Shown piece by piece: positions 10,036-20,674 of a stretch of 58,963 nt of DNA; positions within the stretch are counted from its first letter, which is position 1, and each line of letters starts with the position of its first letter. The stretch lies in IMG/VR virus record IMGVR_UViG_3300025886_000023, positions 1 through 58,963 of that record; one strand, 5' to 3'. Under the pieces are notes generated by a model. That model saw only the letters and a program-made list of their open reading frames with translations. It was not told the origin of the DNA and did not search any database. Both the position numbers and the translations under genes were made by a program. The stretch is from a virus. Its lineage: Duplodnaviria > Caudoviricetes.

Positions 10036-10317
10036 ATGAAAGTAAAACAAAAAAGATTATATGCTAAGAGACAAGCTAAATTAGCAGCAGAAGCAGCAAA
10101 GGCATCAAATCCTATAGATAATTCTGTAGCTCAAGAGAATTTAAAAAAAGAACTTGCTGAAGAAGCAGCTAAGAAAGAAGAAGCCGTAAAAGAAGAAGCA
10201 AAGGCTCCCGAACCCGAAGTTGTTAGCGAAGAGCCAGTAGTTCAAAAAAGAAAAGCCGCTCCAAAGAAAGTAGTTAAATCAAAAACCAGCCCAAGACGCA
10301 AAACCCGTTCATCCTAA
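10036..10317 (+). CDS. Small Lys/Glu/Ala-rich hypothetical protein
   Basis: SD GAGG, late motif at 10013, basic C-terminal tail. Confidence 0.6.
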   Translation: MKVKQKRLYAKRQAKLAAEAAKASNPIDNSVAQENLKKELAEEAAKKEEAVKEEAKAPEPEVVSEEPVVQKRKAAPKKVVKSKTSPRRKTRSS

Positions 10318-10372
10318 GTCAGTGCCGGTTTGTACCTTTAAGCACTAATTACTATGATCGGAGGGTTCATGC

Positions 10373-11617
10373 ATGGCATTTCCAACTTTAACACCAAAAT
10401 CTCAACAATCCGCAATTGTTCTGCCCCCCACTGGTACTTACTCTGAGGTTTTACCCTCTCTTCCATTTGGGATCTATACAACAGGCTCATTTATATCAGG
10501 AGCAGTCGATCAAGTTGCTTACACTTATCGTAAGTTAGGTGGAGATGTTCTTGATCTGGAAATTAAAGCTGAGAATGTATATGCTAACTATGAAGAAGCA
10601 GTATTAGAATATTCGTATCTTGTTAATCTTCATCAAGCTAAAAATATATTAGGATCGTCATTGGGTAATCCAACAGGATCATTTAATGAAGATGGAACTG
10701 TTATTGGAGGACAAGAAGGAGTAGAATTAAAATTTCCTAAGTGGAATTTTGGTTATGCCGCTAAAGTAGGACAAGCATTTTCACATGAGGGAGGCTTCGG
10801 CGGAACAACGCCTATTTACTCAGCATCTTTTGATTCTGTGCCCAATGTCCAAGATTATAATCTTCAAACGATTGTGTCATCTTCCGCCGCAGCAGGGGGT
10901 GTACCTTATGCTAATATTGATCGAACAAAAAGAATCGTAATCAGAGAGGTTTTCTATCATACTCCCCAGTCAATGTGGAGATTCTACGGATATTATGGTG
11001 GACTGAATGTAGTGGGCAATTTAAATACTTACGGACAATATTCTGATGATTCCACATGGCAAATTATCCCTACATGGCAGAATAAAATGCAAGCCATTAT
11101 GTTTGAGGATAGTTTATATACACGGACTTCACACTATTCATATGAGATTATTGATAATAATTTAAGGATTTATCCAACTCCCACAGCTTATTCATCACCG
11201 CCTAAATTTTGGTTTAGATTTTCAATAAGAGAAAATATATGGACCGATGAATTTAATGACGGTCAAGATGGCGTGAATAATATGAATACACTTCCTTTTG
11301 ATAATATCCCTTATGTTAATATCAACTCAATTGGTAAACAGTGGATTCGTAGATTTTGTCTCGCTTTAAGTAAGGGAACTTTGGGCCAAGTGCGCTCAAA
11401 ATTTGGCAATAATGTACCAATTCCCGGTGACAATGTAACTCTTAATGGTTCGGACCTTTTAGCTCAATCTCAAGCAGAACAAGAGCTATTAAGGGAAGAA
11501 TTGAAGGCACAATTGGAATCTATGACTTACGATAAATTAATTGAACAAGATTCTAACATTACCGACAATGTAAATAATATTCAGAAGCATGTACCAACAG
11601 GAATTTTTGTAGGATAG
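10373..11617 (+). CDS. Neck/head-tail connector (gp13-like)
   Basis: Y..RKLG..VLDLEI and W.R..LALSK..LGQVRSKF...PIPG..VTLNG.DL motifs; position. Confidence 0.75.
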   Translation: MAFPTLTPKSQQSAIVLPPTGTYSEVLPSLPFGIYTTGSFISGAVDQVAYTYRKLGGDVLDLEIKAENVYANYEEAVLEYSYLVNLHQAKNILGSSLGNPTGSFNEDGTVIGGQEGVELKFPKWNFGYAAKVGQAFSHEGGFGGTTPIYSASFDSVPNVQDYNLQTIVSSSAAAGGVPYANIDRTKRIVIREVFYHTPQSMWRFYGYYGGLNVVGNLNTYGQYSDDSTWQIIPTWQNKMQAIMFEDSLYTRTSHYSYEIIDNNLRIYPTPTAYSSPPKFWFRFSIRENIWTDEFNDGQDGVNNMNTLPFDNIPYVNINSIGKQWIRRFCLALSKGTLGQVRSKFGNNVPIPGDNVTLNGSDLLAQSQAEQELLREELKAQLESMTYDKLIEQDSNITDNVNNIQKHVPTGIFVG

Positions 11618-11620
11618 ATA

Positions 11621-14269
11621 ATGAAAATCAAAATTATTAAATCAAAGCCAGAGTTAATACAAGAATTAACAGAAGAAGAATATGGGTATCTTGAGGATGC
11701 TCTTCAAATTCCTATATCGGAAATGCCTTTCTCAAACATCTTCGGAGATAAATACCGAATTATTCAATCATATGGTTCTCTAAAAACCGATTCACCCTTT
11801 GGTAAAACAATGAAAGTACTGGGGCAATTCGGCTGGGAACTTGCTCCACGAGAAAAGGGCGACAAAGGAAAGATTATAATTCGGAAGAATGTCGAGACTC
11901 GCAGAAAAACAAAAAATAAAGACGGCGAAACTAAATTTATTACTAACAAGAATATGACAACTATGGGTCTCAAAAAGTATGTCCAAAGTGCTTATACATT
12001 TTTTGCTAATTCTCTACCCAAGATGTATAATAAATATTTAGACCTTGAAAAACTGGCTAAACCTGCTTATAAGAACTTACCTGATGATCCCGAGGAGCGC
12101 AAAAAAGCAGTTGAAGATATAGAAACAAAATTCCTCATACCACGAAAGCGATTGATGGAGAAAATTGATAACACAATCGCAAAATGGTTCAATGGAAGAC
12201 GGCATTTCACAGCTACTAGTTTGCTTCCACCTTCATCTTATGAAGGCAGCGGTAACAGTGGAGGCATTTATTGGAAGAAAGTAAAAGACGACTTTGAGTC
12301 TCTATTAAAGCTTGCTAATGATGATGCTGCTATGATGAAGCTACAAACAGGCTTTGATAAAGAGTTTTTGCCTTCATTTATAATCTATTCTAGACACCCT
12401 ATTGATGTATACCGTATGTCTGACTTTGTTGAGATTACTTCCTGTCACACTCTTCCATCCAAAAGGCACCTAACAAGCTTACCTAGCAAATGGGATGATT
12501 ACAATATCTGTGCTCTTGCCGAGGCTTATGCCAATGGAATGATTGCCTATTCAGTTCCAGCTAGCTCCTTTGAAGAAGCAGGGATTGAGCCCACACAAGA
12601 GGGTATAGATGAATACGAAGATGGCGAATTATTCGAGGATGATGAGAGAGATGTGGATGGTCTAAAGCCAGAAGCTCGTGTTAGAATCCGAAATACCACA
12701 GTAACAGACCCCAAGTCTGGTGATATAACGAGACTTGCTGTACCAGACCAAAAAGTTTATGGTTCAGCCAAATCAGGATTTAAAACAAATGTTCGTGATT
12801 TTATATCTCAAGAACAAAAAGAAGAACTTGAAAAAGTATTCAATGATCCCAGCGTTACCATTAAAGGAGAAATGGCACAAAAGTTAGGATTGTCCGACGG
12901 TGACGATGACAAATCTCATATATCTTTAAAATCATTTCAAAGATACGGTGGAAGCTATGAAGATTCAGGAGCAGCCGTAAAAAATAATCTTCCTCTTATG
13001 TTCGCTAGTGCTCTAGGCATCAGTCCAGATATGATACACACAGTTGGCGAGATAGAATATAGCAAATTTATGCAGGATGAATTAGAAAGCAAAGTAGATA
13101 ACACAGACCGCTTACAATACCTAAATGATCAACTAAACGATGTTTTAGAGCGTGTAAACGGGATGCGATTTAAAATTATGACGAGTATTCAAGAAGATTA
13201 TGATGATACTTTTTACTATAATTCAATAGATCTTCAAATAAATATTCCGCTTCCATCTTATATGACGGAAATAGCCAAAGAGCGCCGCCGTGAAGTTTAT
13301 GATTTCTTCAAGGATTACGAGGATGAGTACAACCTCTACTATGATGGGTCGGAAAAAGAGCCGCGAGACATAATGGTCTATCAAAAAGATTCCATGGAAG
13401 CCCAAAACTTAGGGTTTGATACCGCATTTATACGGATAACCTATAGGAACCTTGATGAATTAATGCAGGATTCTGGAGTAGATATGGATGTTGATCAGCC
13501 AGACGAGGTTATACAAATAATCCTTGACCATCCAGAATACGGAGGTTTCGCTGTGGATGCTCTCTCAGATCCCTATGTTGAAGATGGTTTCCAGCAAAAA
13601 ACAGCAGCACTATTGGCTGTATCTCCCTTTGGAGATGATCCCGAGTATTATCTAACAAAAGTTCTCAATAATGTTCTCAACTCAGAGCACAATGTTGGAG
13701 ATTGGACTGGGAATTTACCTGATTTAGACTATCACCCCTCTGGTATTGAATACTGGCAAGCGGCGGACTTTGAAAGCACAATGTCCTTAACAGATGATTG
13801 GATGATTGAATTAGGTCTTTCATCAGAACAGGTGGGGCTCTTTGTCGTTGCTCTAAACCAGAATAAGGAAGTTCAAAATAAGGTCGTTGAACTTATGGAG
13901 AAACATTTATATCCCAAGGCGGATTCTATCCTGCCCATGATAATTGAAACCGATGGTGCTACCATAGGAGCAGTTGAAGTGGGGTCTGATTATAAAAAAG
14001 TTGCTTCTATAATTGAGAACCCAGCAGGTTATTTTCAAACTTTTCAATTTCCTATTAAAATTGAACTGGATAGCAACGAAGTTGATACTAAGAATAAGAT
14101 GATCCTTCTAATAAAAATCTTGGCACAGTTTGATTCTGATGATACACTCGACGACGCACTTAATACATCTGAAGGCCAAGCCCTAATTCGCCAAGTAATA
14201 GAAGCTGCTACTCCCAAAGCTGTAAATGAAAATAAAAGACGAATGAAAGTTCGCATCCTGCGAGGTTAA
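11621..14269 (+). CDS. Large acidic hypothetical protein (882 aa), candidate internal head protein
   Basis: Long ORF between neck genes; no recognised domain. Confidence 0.65.
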   Translation: MKIKIIKSKPELIQELTEEEYGYLEDALQIPISEMPFSNIFGDKYRIIQSYGSLKTDSPFGKTMKVLGQFGWELAPREKGDKGKIIIRKNVETRRKTKNKDGETKFITNKNMTTMGLKKYVQSAYTFFANSLPKMYNKYLDLEKLAKPAYKNLPDDPEERKKAVEDIETKFLIPRKRLMEKIDNTIAKWFNGRRHFTATSLLPPSSYEGSGNSGGIYWKKVKDDFESLLKLANDDAAMMKLQTGFDKEFLPSFIIYSRHPIDVYRMSDFVEITSCHTLPSKRHLTSLPSKWDDYNICALAEAYANGMIAYSVPASSFEEAGIEPTQEGIDEYEDGELFEDDERDVDGLKPEARVRIRNTTVTDPKSGDITRLAVPDQKVYGSAKSGFKTNVRDFISQEQKEELEKVFNDPSVTIKGEMAQKLGLSDGDDDKSHISLKSFQRYGGSYEDSGAAVKNNLPLMFASALGISPDMIHTVGEIEYSKFMQDELESKVDNTDRLQYLNDQLNDVLERVNGMRFKIMTSIQEDYDDTFYYNSIDLQINIPLPSYMTEIAKERRREVYDFFKDYEDEYNLYYDGSEKEPRDIMVYQKDSMEAQNLGFDTAFIRITYRNLDELMQDSGVDMDVDQPDEVIQIILDHPEYGGFAVDALSDPYVEDGFQQKTAALLAVSPFGDDPEYYLTKVLNNVLNSEHNVGDWTGNLPDLDYHPSGIEYWQAADFESTMSLTDDWMIELGLSSEQVGLFVVALNQNKEVQNKVVELMEKHLYPKADSILPMIIETDGATIGAVEVGSDYKKVASIIENPAGYFQTFQFPIKIELDSNEVDTKNKMILLIKILAQFDSDDTLDDALNTSEGQALIRQVIEAATPKAVNENKRRMKVRILRG

Positions 14270-14273
14270 ATGA

Positions 14274-14765
14274 ATGGCTGACAACAAATGGTCAAAACCG
14301 GTATCTCCTCCTCCCCCAATGTTTTTGGGAGAGAAAGAGAGAAATCTTGTAAAACAAGTAAACGATGAGATCATTGAAAGAGTTATTGGTCAACAAATAT
14401 TATATTTCCCAATTGATATGGCAAGAACCGACTTTCACCCTGTATACGGCGAGGCCATAGAAAAAACTTTCTTAAATCCAATAAGAGTTTATGCTTTAGT
14501 AGATTATGGGGGCATAGAAACATCTTATTTAGAAAATATTGGCTTAGACAAGAAAACTGATATTACAGTTAACTTTCATAAGAGAAGACTTACTGAAGAC
14601 CAAGATCTCTTCGTCAGAGAAGGAGATTTTGTACGGTATGGAACTAACTACTATGAGATAGTAAAGCTAGATGAACCACGACAATTGTTCGGCCAGATCG
14701 AACATCGTTTTGAAGTTGTTGCTTCTTGTATAAGAGCTAGAGAAGGAGTGTTCGATGCCTGTTGA
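14274..14765 (+). CDS. Neck/head closure protein (gp14-like)
   Basis: E.IE.VIGQ.ILY.P...YGEA..K and EGDFV motifs; position. Confidence 0.65.
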   Translation: MADNKWSKPVSPPPPMFLGEKERNLVKQVNDEIIERVIGQQILYFPIDMARTDFHPVYGEAIEKTFLNPIRVYALVDYGGIETSYLENIGLDKKTDITVNFHKRRLTEDQDLFVREGDFVRYGTNYYEIVKLDEPRQLFGQIEHRFEVVASCIRAREGVFDAC

Positions 14766-15600
14766 TGATAAAACTGAAGAAATCCCATTTTTGCCATCGA
14801 CAATTGAAACAATTGATATAGGATTATTTAATTGGGTTGACGAAACATTGAGTTTATCTGTTAATACGAACAATGGATTTAAGAAAGTACCTGTATTGTG
14901 GCTTTCAGCAGAACGATCTTTTCAAATTAAAAATAATAAAGACCTTCGAGATGCCAGTGGAAAATTAAAATTACCATTGATAACCTTAACTCGCAAATCA
15001 ATGACAAAAGACCCTACTTTCCGAGGCTCACATTATGCTAATATTTTTCCTAATGACGGTTATCGTGGTGGCTCAACACCAATAGCTCGCAGAATTATGC
15101 AAGTAAAAACACGAAACCAAGCAAATTCACAAGCTGTTAAAAAGTTAAGATCTGGTGATGAAACTGGAAGAATAGATAATAAAAAGGTTGTCTATGAAAC
15201 AATGTCTCTACCTGTCCCTGTTTATGTTGAAATGATGTATACTGTTACTATGAGAACAGAATACATACAACAAATTAATACACTTGCTACACCGTTTATT
15301 ACAGTTACGGGCGGTATTAATAGCTTTATCTTTGAAAATGATGGGCACAAGTATGAAGCATTCATTCAGCCCGGCTTTACACCAATGTCAAATGCCTCTA
15401 ATCTTGGAGAAGAGGAAAGATTTTTTGAAACACAGGTTGAAATTAAAGTGCTAGGCTATTTAATAGGCGCTGGTCCAAATAATGAAAGACCAAAAGCGAT
15501 TATTCGTGAAAATATTGTAGAAGTAAAAGTTACAAGAGAACGAGTCATGGTAGGTCAAAAAATACCATGGGCTAAGGTAGGCCAGAAATATCGAGAATAA
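14755..15600 (+). CDS. Tail terminator/sheath stabiliser (gp15-like)
   Basis: KVPV, LPLITL.R and PVPVYV...Y motifs; immediately before the sheath. Confidence 0.6.
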   Translation: MPVDDKTEEIPFLPSTIETIDIGLFNWVDETLSLSVNTNNGFKKVPVLWLSAERSFQIKNNKDLRDASGKLKLPLITLTRKSMTKDPTFRGSHYANIFPNDGYRGGSTPIARRIMQVKTRNQANSQAVKKLRSGDETGRIDNKKVVYETMSLPVPVYVEMMYTVTMRTEYIQQINTLATPFITVTGGINSFIFENDGHKYEAFIQPGFTPMSNASNLGEEERFFETQVEIKVLGYLIGAGPNNERPKAIIRENIVEVKVTRERVMVGQKIPWAKVGQKYRE

Positions 15601-15658
15601 TTACTTTTGGTTATTTAAAACACTATTTATTATGAAATAGACTTTAAGGAGTGCTTTG

Positions 15659-18577
15659 ATGCCTAGAAGATTTGACTTTGTATCACCCGGAGTTCAATTA
15701 AATGAAATTGACCTCTCGACGGTCCCTGCACAACTACAAGGGGATGGTCCCTTAATTATTGGTCGTGCCCAGAGCGGACCAGCTAATCAACCTATTAAGG
15801 TTAAATCCTATTCGGATTATGTCAGCGTTTTTGGAGAACCAGTATATGGTCCAGACGCTGCTAAGCCTGATTCATGGCGTTATGGCCAATCAGTATTTCC
15901 AGAATATGGTGCTATCGGTGCTCAAGCTTGGCTTGCTGCGGACGATACCCCGATTACATTTATTCGACTTTTGGGCGAACAGGATTCTAATGCTGTCCCA
16001 GCAGGGTATGCTGGATGGCAAACTGAAAAATATAATAATGCTGCTGGCGGTGATTTCGCTATAGCTGCTCGCCAAAATGGTGGAGCTTTCGGGCTTTTCA
16101 TTATTGATAGTGGTTCGGCTAAAGTTTTAGGAACAGGCTCACTTGCTGCTGTTTGGTATCTTGATCAAGGTACTATCGAGTTATCAGGTACTGCTTGTAA
16201 TATGCCTACCTCAGTTAATGAAACTGGATCGGCTCGCCTTTTTCAATCACGAGGAGGCGTACAAACCCCCAATACATATACTGTTTTAATAAAGAACGCA
16301 TCGGGCTCAGCGTCTGAAGCAGTTTCTTTTAATTTTAATCCAGATAGCAATAATTTCATTAGAAATCAATTTAATACAGAACCCTATAAAACAAACCCAA
16401 CTACTGAAACTGTTACTAGTTCTTATTGGCTTGGCGAAACCTATGAAGTATCTGTTGATTCATACACCCAAAACACAACCGCCGGTAAGCAAATTGGCGT
16501 TATACTTGGATTGGGCTCTGGTTCTATAAACGGTGCTAATAATCGATTTGGTTATACTGGCGCAAAAACTGGTTGGTTTATCAATCGCGATCCTAACCCA
16601 AGTCCTCAGACTGGTTCTTATCAAGCAATTAATATGGAAAAACTCTTCCGAGTTGTTGCTTTACAGGAAGGAGAATTTTTTCAAAGAAATTATACTATTG
16701 CCATTGAAGATCTTAAATTAGGAACAGCAGCAAATCCCGACTCAACATTTAGTTTGTCTGTTAGAAGGTTTAACAATAACTTCAGCGAAGTAGAAAAGTT
16801 CTCTGGATTAACCATGAATCCAAATTCCGAAAACTTTATTGCCAAGAGAATTGGAGATCAATATCTATCTTGGCAAGAAGACCAAAGAAAATTCAATACA
16901 ATTAATCGTTATCCAAACATTTCAGACTATATTCGTATCGAGATGGCTCCTGCTCTACAAAATGGTGTAGGACCACAAGATGAATATGCTCTTCCTTTTG
17001 GATTCTTTGGGCCTAACAGATTTAAAGGTTTTACATGTACTAGTGGATCTAGCACAATTAACCGTCAAGCGGGAGCAGGCTTAACTCCTTTCGCCGTAGG
17101 TAAAGGTCCTTTTGTTCTTGGTTCTGGTTCTATTCCAATGTGTAATGGCGCGGATGCTATTTATAATAGTCCTGCTGTTGTTATGGGAGACCAAGACAAC
17201 GAACCACATACACTAGCAACAGCTTCATTTGATTTTCCCTCCATAAAATTAACAGCTACTGGTACATATGGTATATCTGGTGGAGATTATCCAGCCCTTG
17301 TAAGTACAATGTTTGGAATTCATCCCTATCGAAGTGCTTCTATTAAGCTTGATAATAGCTATATTGATTTAATTCGTGCTTTACCACAAGGTTATGACAT
17401 TTGGACTGAACCAGCATCAGATGCTGCTCTTGAAACATCGTTCATTTTCTCATTGGATGAAATAAGATTAAATTCTAATACCAATACGGCCTACTATCAA
17501 TCAGGATCTCGCGCTGCTGGTAATTCTTATTCTGGAGATAATAGTCAACAAGCCTTGCTAACAAAAAATGTTAAGCAATTTATGGCTCCTATTTTTGGCG
17601 GCTTTGATGGTCTTGACATTAAACAAAAAGATCCATTTGCGAATTCTTTAATTGGTACCGTAAAAACATCTAATTATGAATTTGCTACCTTGAATAAGGC
17701 ACTCGATATCGCCTCTGATTCAGAAAATGTAGCCATGGACCTTTTGGCCATACCCGGAGTTGGCAAGCAATCAATAACTGACCGAATGATTAAAGTTTGT
17801 GATGAACGCGCTGATTCACTTGCTATCATTGATTTAGATACTGCCTATACTACTTCTGCGGAATCAACCACAGAAAGTGCCGGAAGTGTTACATCTGTTG
17901 TATCAACCGTTCGAACTCGAAATTATGATTCTTCATATGGTTGTGTTTATCATCCATGGATCTTAGTACAGAATCCCGGAGCTAACGGAACAAATACTTA
18001 TGTTCCATCTTCAATCGCTGGTCTTGGTGCTATGGCAGCATCACAAAAGGTTTCAGCGGTATGGTTTGCTCCTGCTGGTTTTAATCGCGGTGGAATTGCT
18101 CAACTTGGTGGACCAAACGGACCTCGCACAATTGGAGTTTCAGAGACACTTAATAAAGCTAATAGAGATGATTTATACGAAGTAGACATTAACCCTATTG
18201 CTAACTTTCAAGGTGATCCAGTAATCTTTGGACAAAAAACCTTACAAGCATATCCTTCCTCATTGGATCGCATTAATGTTAGACGACTTATGATTTATAT
18301 CAAAAAGCGAATTAACACCATTGCCGATACTGTACTCTTTGATCAAAACATCGAGGCTACTTGGAGAAGATTCTCAGGCAGAGCTACACGCGTTTTGCGT
18401 CGAGTTCAAACCCAAGGTGGAATTGAAGCCTTTAAAATTGTTTTAGATAAAACAACGACTACTCCTGACTTACAAGATCGCAACATTATGTATGCTAAGA
18501 TCTTTATTAAGCCAGCCAAAGCAATCGAGTTTATCGCAATTGACTTTATAATCACCCGCTCTGGTGTACAATTCTAA
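15659..18577 (+). CDS. Tail sheath protein (gp18-like)
   Basis: FVSPGV..NEID, WFAPAGFNRG, INPIA, FGQKTL, LDRINVRRL, IKPAKAIEFIAIDF. Confidence 0.95.
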   Translation: MPRRFDFVSPGVQLNEIDLSTVPAQLQGDGPLIIGRAQSGPANQPIKVKSYSDYVSVFGEPVYGPDAAKPDSWRYGQSVFPEYGAIGAQAWLAADDTPITFIRLLGEQDSNAVPAGYAGWQTEKYNNAAGGDFAIAARQNGGAFGLFIIDSGSAKVLGTGSLAAVWYLDQGTIELSGTACNMPTSVNETGSARLFQSRGGVQTPNTYTVLIKNASGSASEAVSFNFNPDSNNFIRNQFNTEPYKTNPTTETVTSSYWLGETYEVSVDSYTQNTTAGKQIGVILGLGSGSINGANNRFGYTGAKTGWFINRDPNPSPQTGSYQAINMEKLFRVVALQEGEFFQRNYTIAIEDLKLGTAANPDSTFSLSVRRFNNNFSEVEKFSGLTMNPNSENFIAKRIGDQYLSWQEDQRKFNTINRYPNISDYIRIEMAPALQNGVGPQDEYALPFGFFGPNRFKGFTCTSGSSTINRQAGAGLTPFAVGKGPFVLGSGSIPMCNGADAIYNSPAVVMGDQDNEPHTLATASFDFPSIKLTATGTYGISGGDYPALVSTMFGIHPYRSASIKLDNSYIDLIRALPQGYDIWTEPASDAALETSFIFSLDEIRLNSNTNTAYYQSGSRAAGNSYSGDNSQQALLTKNVKQFMAPIFGGFDGLDIKQKDPFANSLIGTVKTSNYEFATLNKALDIASDSENVAMDLLAIPGVGKQSITDRMIKVCDERADSLAIIDLDTAYTTSAESTTESAGSVTSVVSTVRTRNYDSSYGCVYHPWILVQNPGANGTNTYVPSSIAGLGAMAASQKVSAVWFAPAGFNRGGIAQLGGPNGPRTIGVSETLNKANRDDLYEVDINPIANFQGDPVIFGQKTLQAYPSSLDRINVRRLMIYIKKRINTIADTVLFDQNIEATWRRFSGRATRVLRRVQTQGGIEAFKIVLDKTTTTPDLQDRNIMYAKIFIKPAKAIEFIAIDFIITRSGVQF

Positions 18578-18612
18578 ACCAAACTATTTAATATAAACGG
18601 AGATTTTTAAAC

Positions 18613-19218
18613 ATGCCATCAAACAACTTCTGGTCAGCACAAACAGTAGCCCCAAAGAGATCATATAGATTTATGGTCCAGATAAACCAAACGGTTCTGT
18701 GGTGGGCCAAGAATGTGAATACCCCATCCTTTGATGTAAGTGAGATCGAACATTCATTTTTAGGAAACAAATATTTCTTTCCCGGAAAAGTCTCTTGGTC
18801 AACTATCTCTATGACTTTAGTAGATCCTGTAACTCCTGATGCTGTAGCATTTACAAACAGTTTATTAACCCAATCTGGTTATATGATTCCAAAGAACACC
18901 AACGCTCCCCAGCGCTCAACAATTGATAAACCCGATGCTATTGCGGCTTCTAAAGGATTGGATCTTACGATTAGCGTTTTAGATTCCGAGGGCGAAGCTA
19001 TTGAAGTTTGGACACTAAATCAAGCATTTATTAAATCAGCAAAGTTTGGAGATCTTTCTTATGAAGATGAACAAATGAGAACTGTTGATATTGAATGGCG
19101 CTATGATTGGGCCTCTTGCGAATTTACTGCCGCCCACCCAACTGCTGGTGTTGCTAATACAGATTATTTTGAAGTTGGAGATATCCCAAACCCATCAGAC
19201 GCATATGAACCCACATAG
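18613..19218 (+). CDS. Tail tube protein (gp19-like) 1
   Basis: PKR.YRF, PGKV.W..I.MTLVDP, LD..G..IE.WTL..AFI....FGDLSYE, YDWA. Confidence 0.85.
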   Translation: MPSNNFWSAQTVAPKRSYRFMVQINQTVLWWAKNVNTPSFDVSEIEHSFLGNKYFFPGKVSWSTISMTLVDPVTPDAVAFTNSLLTQSGYMIPKNTNAPQRSTIDKPDAIAASKGLDLTISVLDSEGEAIEVWTLNQAFIKSAKFGDLSYEDEQMRTVDIEWRYDWASCEFTAAHPTAGVANTDYFEVGDIPNPSDAYEPT

Positions 19219-19225
19219 GTGATAA

Positions 19226-19813
19226 ATGGCATTCTGGACAGCTTTAGATAAAGAACCAAAAAGACAATACCGATTTATAATCTCTGGCGATGGACTTGTT
19301 AATGAGGGCGGCAAAGAAAACGATGGTATTTGGTGGTATGCTTTAAGTGTAACGAAGCCTTCGCTTACTATTAACTCCACAGAGCATCAATTAATCAATC
19401 ATACATTTAAGTTTCCCACAACTGGTGTTTGGAATGATATTAGCATTTCTATTATTGATTATGACACGGTAGGAAAATCTCTCTATGATTCCTTGGCAGG
19501 TATTGGATTTTATCCACCAGATATTGATTTTAAGGGTAAAACCGATGGAATTTCAAAAGCTTTAAATGCCACTCGTGCTGGTGATGTAGAAATACAACAG
19601 CTAGATGCTGCTGGTGACATTATCGAAACATGGACATTAAAAGGAGCTTTCATAACAAGCATTAATTTTGGAGAATTAAGTTATGACAGCGAGAATTTTG
19701 TTAAAATTGATTTAACAATAAAATATGACTGGGCCGTATTAAACACAACACCGGGTACTGTTGAATCTAGTCCCGAGCCCATAACAGAAACTAATACTAT
19801 AAGTCTTACATAA
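19226..19813 (+). CDS. Tail tube-like protein 2
   Basis: Same motifs (PKRQYRF, LDAAGDIIETWTLKGAFI, FGELSY, YDWA). Confidence 0.8.
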   Translation: MAFWTALDKEPKRQYRFIISGDGLVNEGGKENDGIWWYALSVTKPSLTINSTEHQLINHTFKFPTTGVWNDISISIIDYDTVGKSLYDSLAGIGFYPPDIDFKGKTDGISKALNATRAGDVEIQQLDAAGDIIETWTLKGAFITSINFGELSYDSENFVKIDLTIKYDWAVLNTTPGTVESSPEPITETNTISLT

Positions 19814-19830
19814 CACATTTGAGGTGAAAA

Positions 19831-20670
19831 TTGAGTAGAAATAATTCAGACCGGCTTGGTCCACAAGACAAGTCAGGGGAAACCCCCGTAACAGCAAATC
19901 CCATGGAGTTTGTTACTCCCACAGAGTTTGTTGAACTACCTTCAAAAGGGACATTCTATCCTGAGTCACATCCCTTACATAATGAAGATGTAATTGAAAT
20001 TCGATATATGACTGCTAAAGAAGAAGATATTTTAACATCACAAACGCTTCTTAAAAAAGGCATAGCAATTGATCGTTTTTTACAAAACATTATTATAAGT
20101 AAACAGATAAAAGTAGATGATCTTTTAATTGGAGATAAAAACGCAATCCTAATTGCCGCTCGTTCTTCAGGATATGGAAATATGTATGATACTACTGTTG
20201 CCTGTCCTGCTTGTAATACTCGTGCTGATATCTCTTTTGACCTTGAGGACAAACAAATAAAAGAATCAATGATCGGTGAAACAGAAAATGTGAATAAAAC
20301 CAGCAATGGCACATTCATGATCAAAATGCCTTTTTCTAAATTTGATGTAGAAATCAAGCTTTTAACAGGAAAAGATGAAAGATATCTGTCTACTGTTTCT
20401 GCTAAAAAGAAGAAGGGTAAAATGGCAGACACTCTAATAACAGATCAATACAAACTTATGGTTGTATCTGTTCAGGGTAATAGTGAGCGTGGTGTTGTCA
20501 ATCATTATGCTGAGAACATGCCATTGCGTGATTCACGATTTTTAAAATCAGTCTATAAAGCAGTCAATCCTGATGTTAAAATTATAGAAGCTTTCGAGTG
20601 TAATTCATGTGGTCACGACCAAATGTTGGAGGTGCCTTTCGGCGCTGACTTTCTTTGGCCTGACAGATAA
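19831..20670 (+). CDS. Baseplate hub assembly/tail chaperone (gp26-like)
   Basis: LPSKG..Y, MTAKEEDIL, GDKNAILI..R...YG, two CxxC pairs; TTG start with SD GAGG. Confidence 0.75.
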   Translation: MSRNNSDRLGPQDKSGETPVTANPMEFVTPTEFVELPSKGTFYPESHPLHNEDVIEIRYMTAKEEDILTSQTLLKKGIAIDRFLQNIIISKQIKVDDLLIGDKNAILIAARSSGYGNMYDTTVACPACNTRADISFDLEDKQIKESMIGETENVNKTSNGTFMIKMPFSKFDVEIKLLTGKDERYLSTVSAKKKKGKMADTLITDQYKLMVVSVQGNSERGVVNHYAENMPLRDSRFLKSVYKAVNPDVKIIEAFECNSCGHDQMLEVPFGADFLWPDR

Positions 20671-20674
20671 ATAC

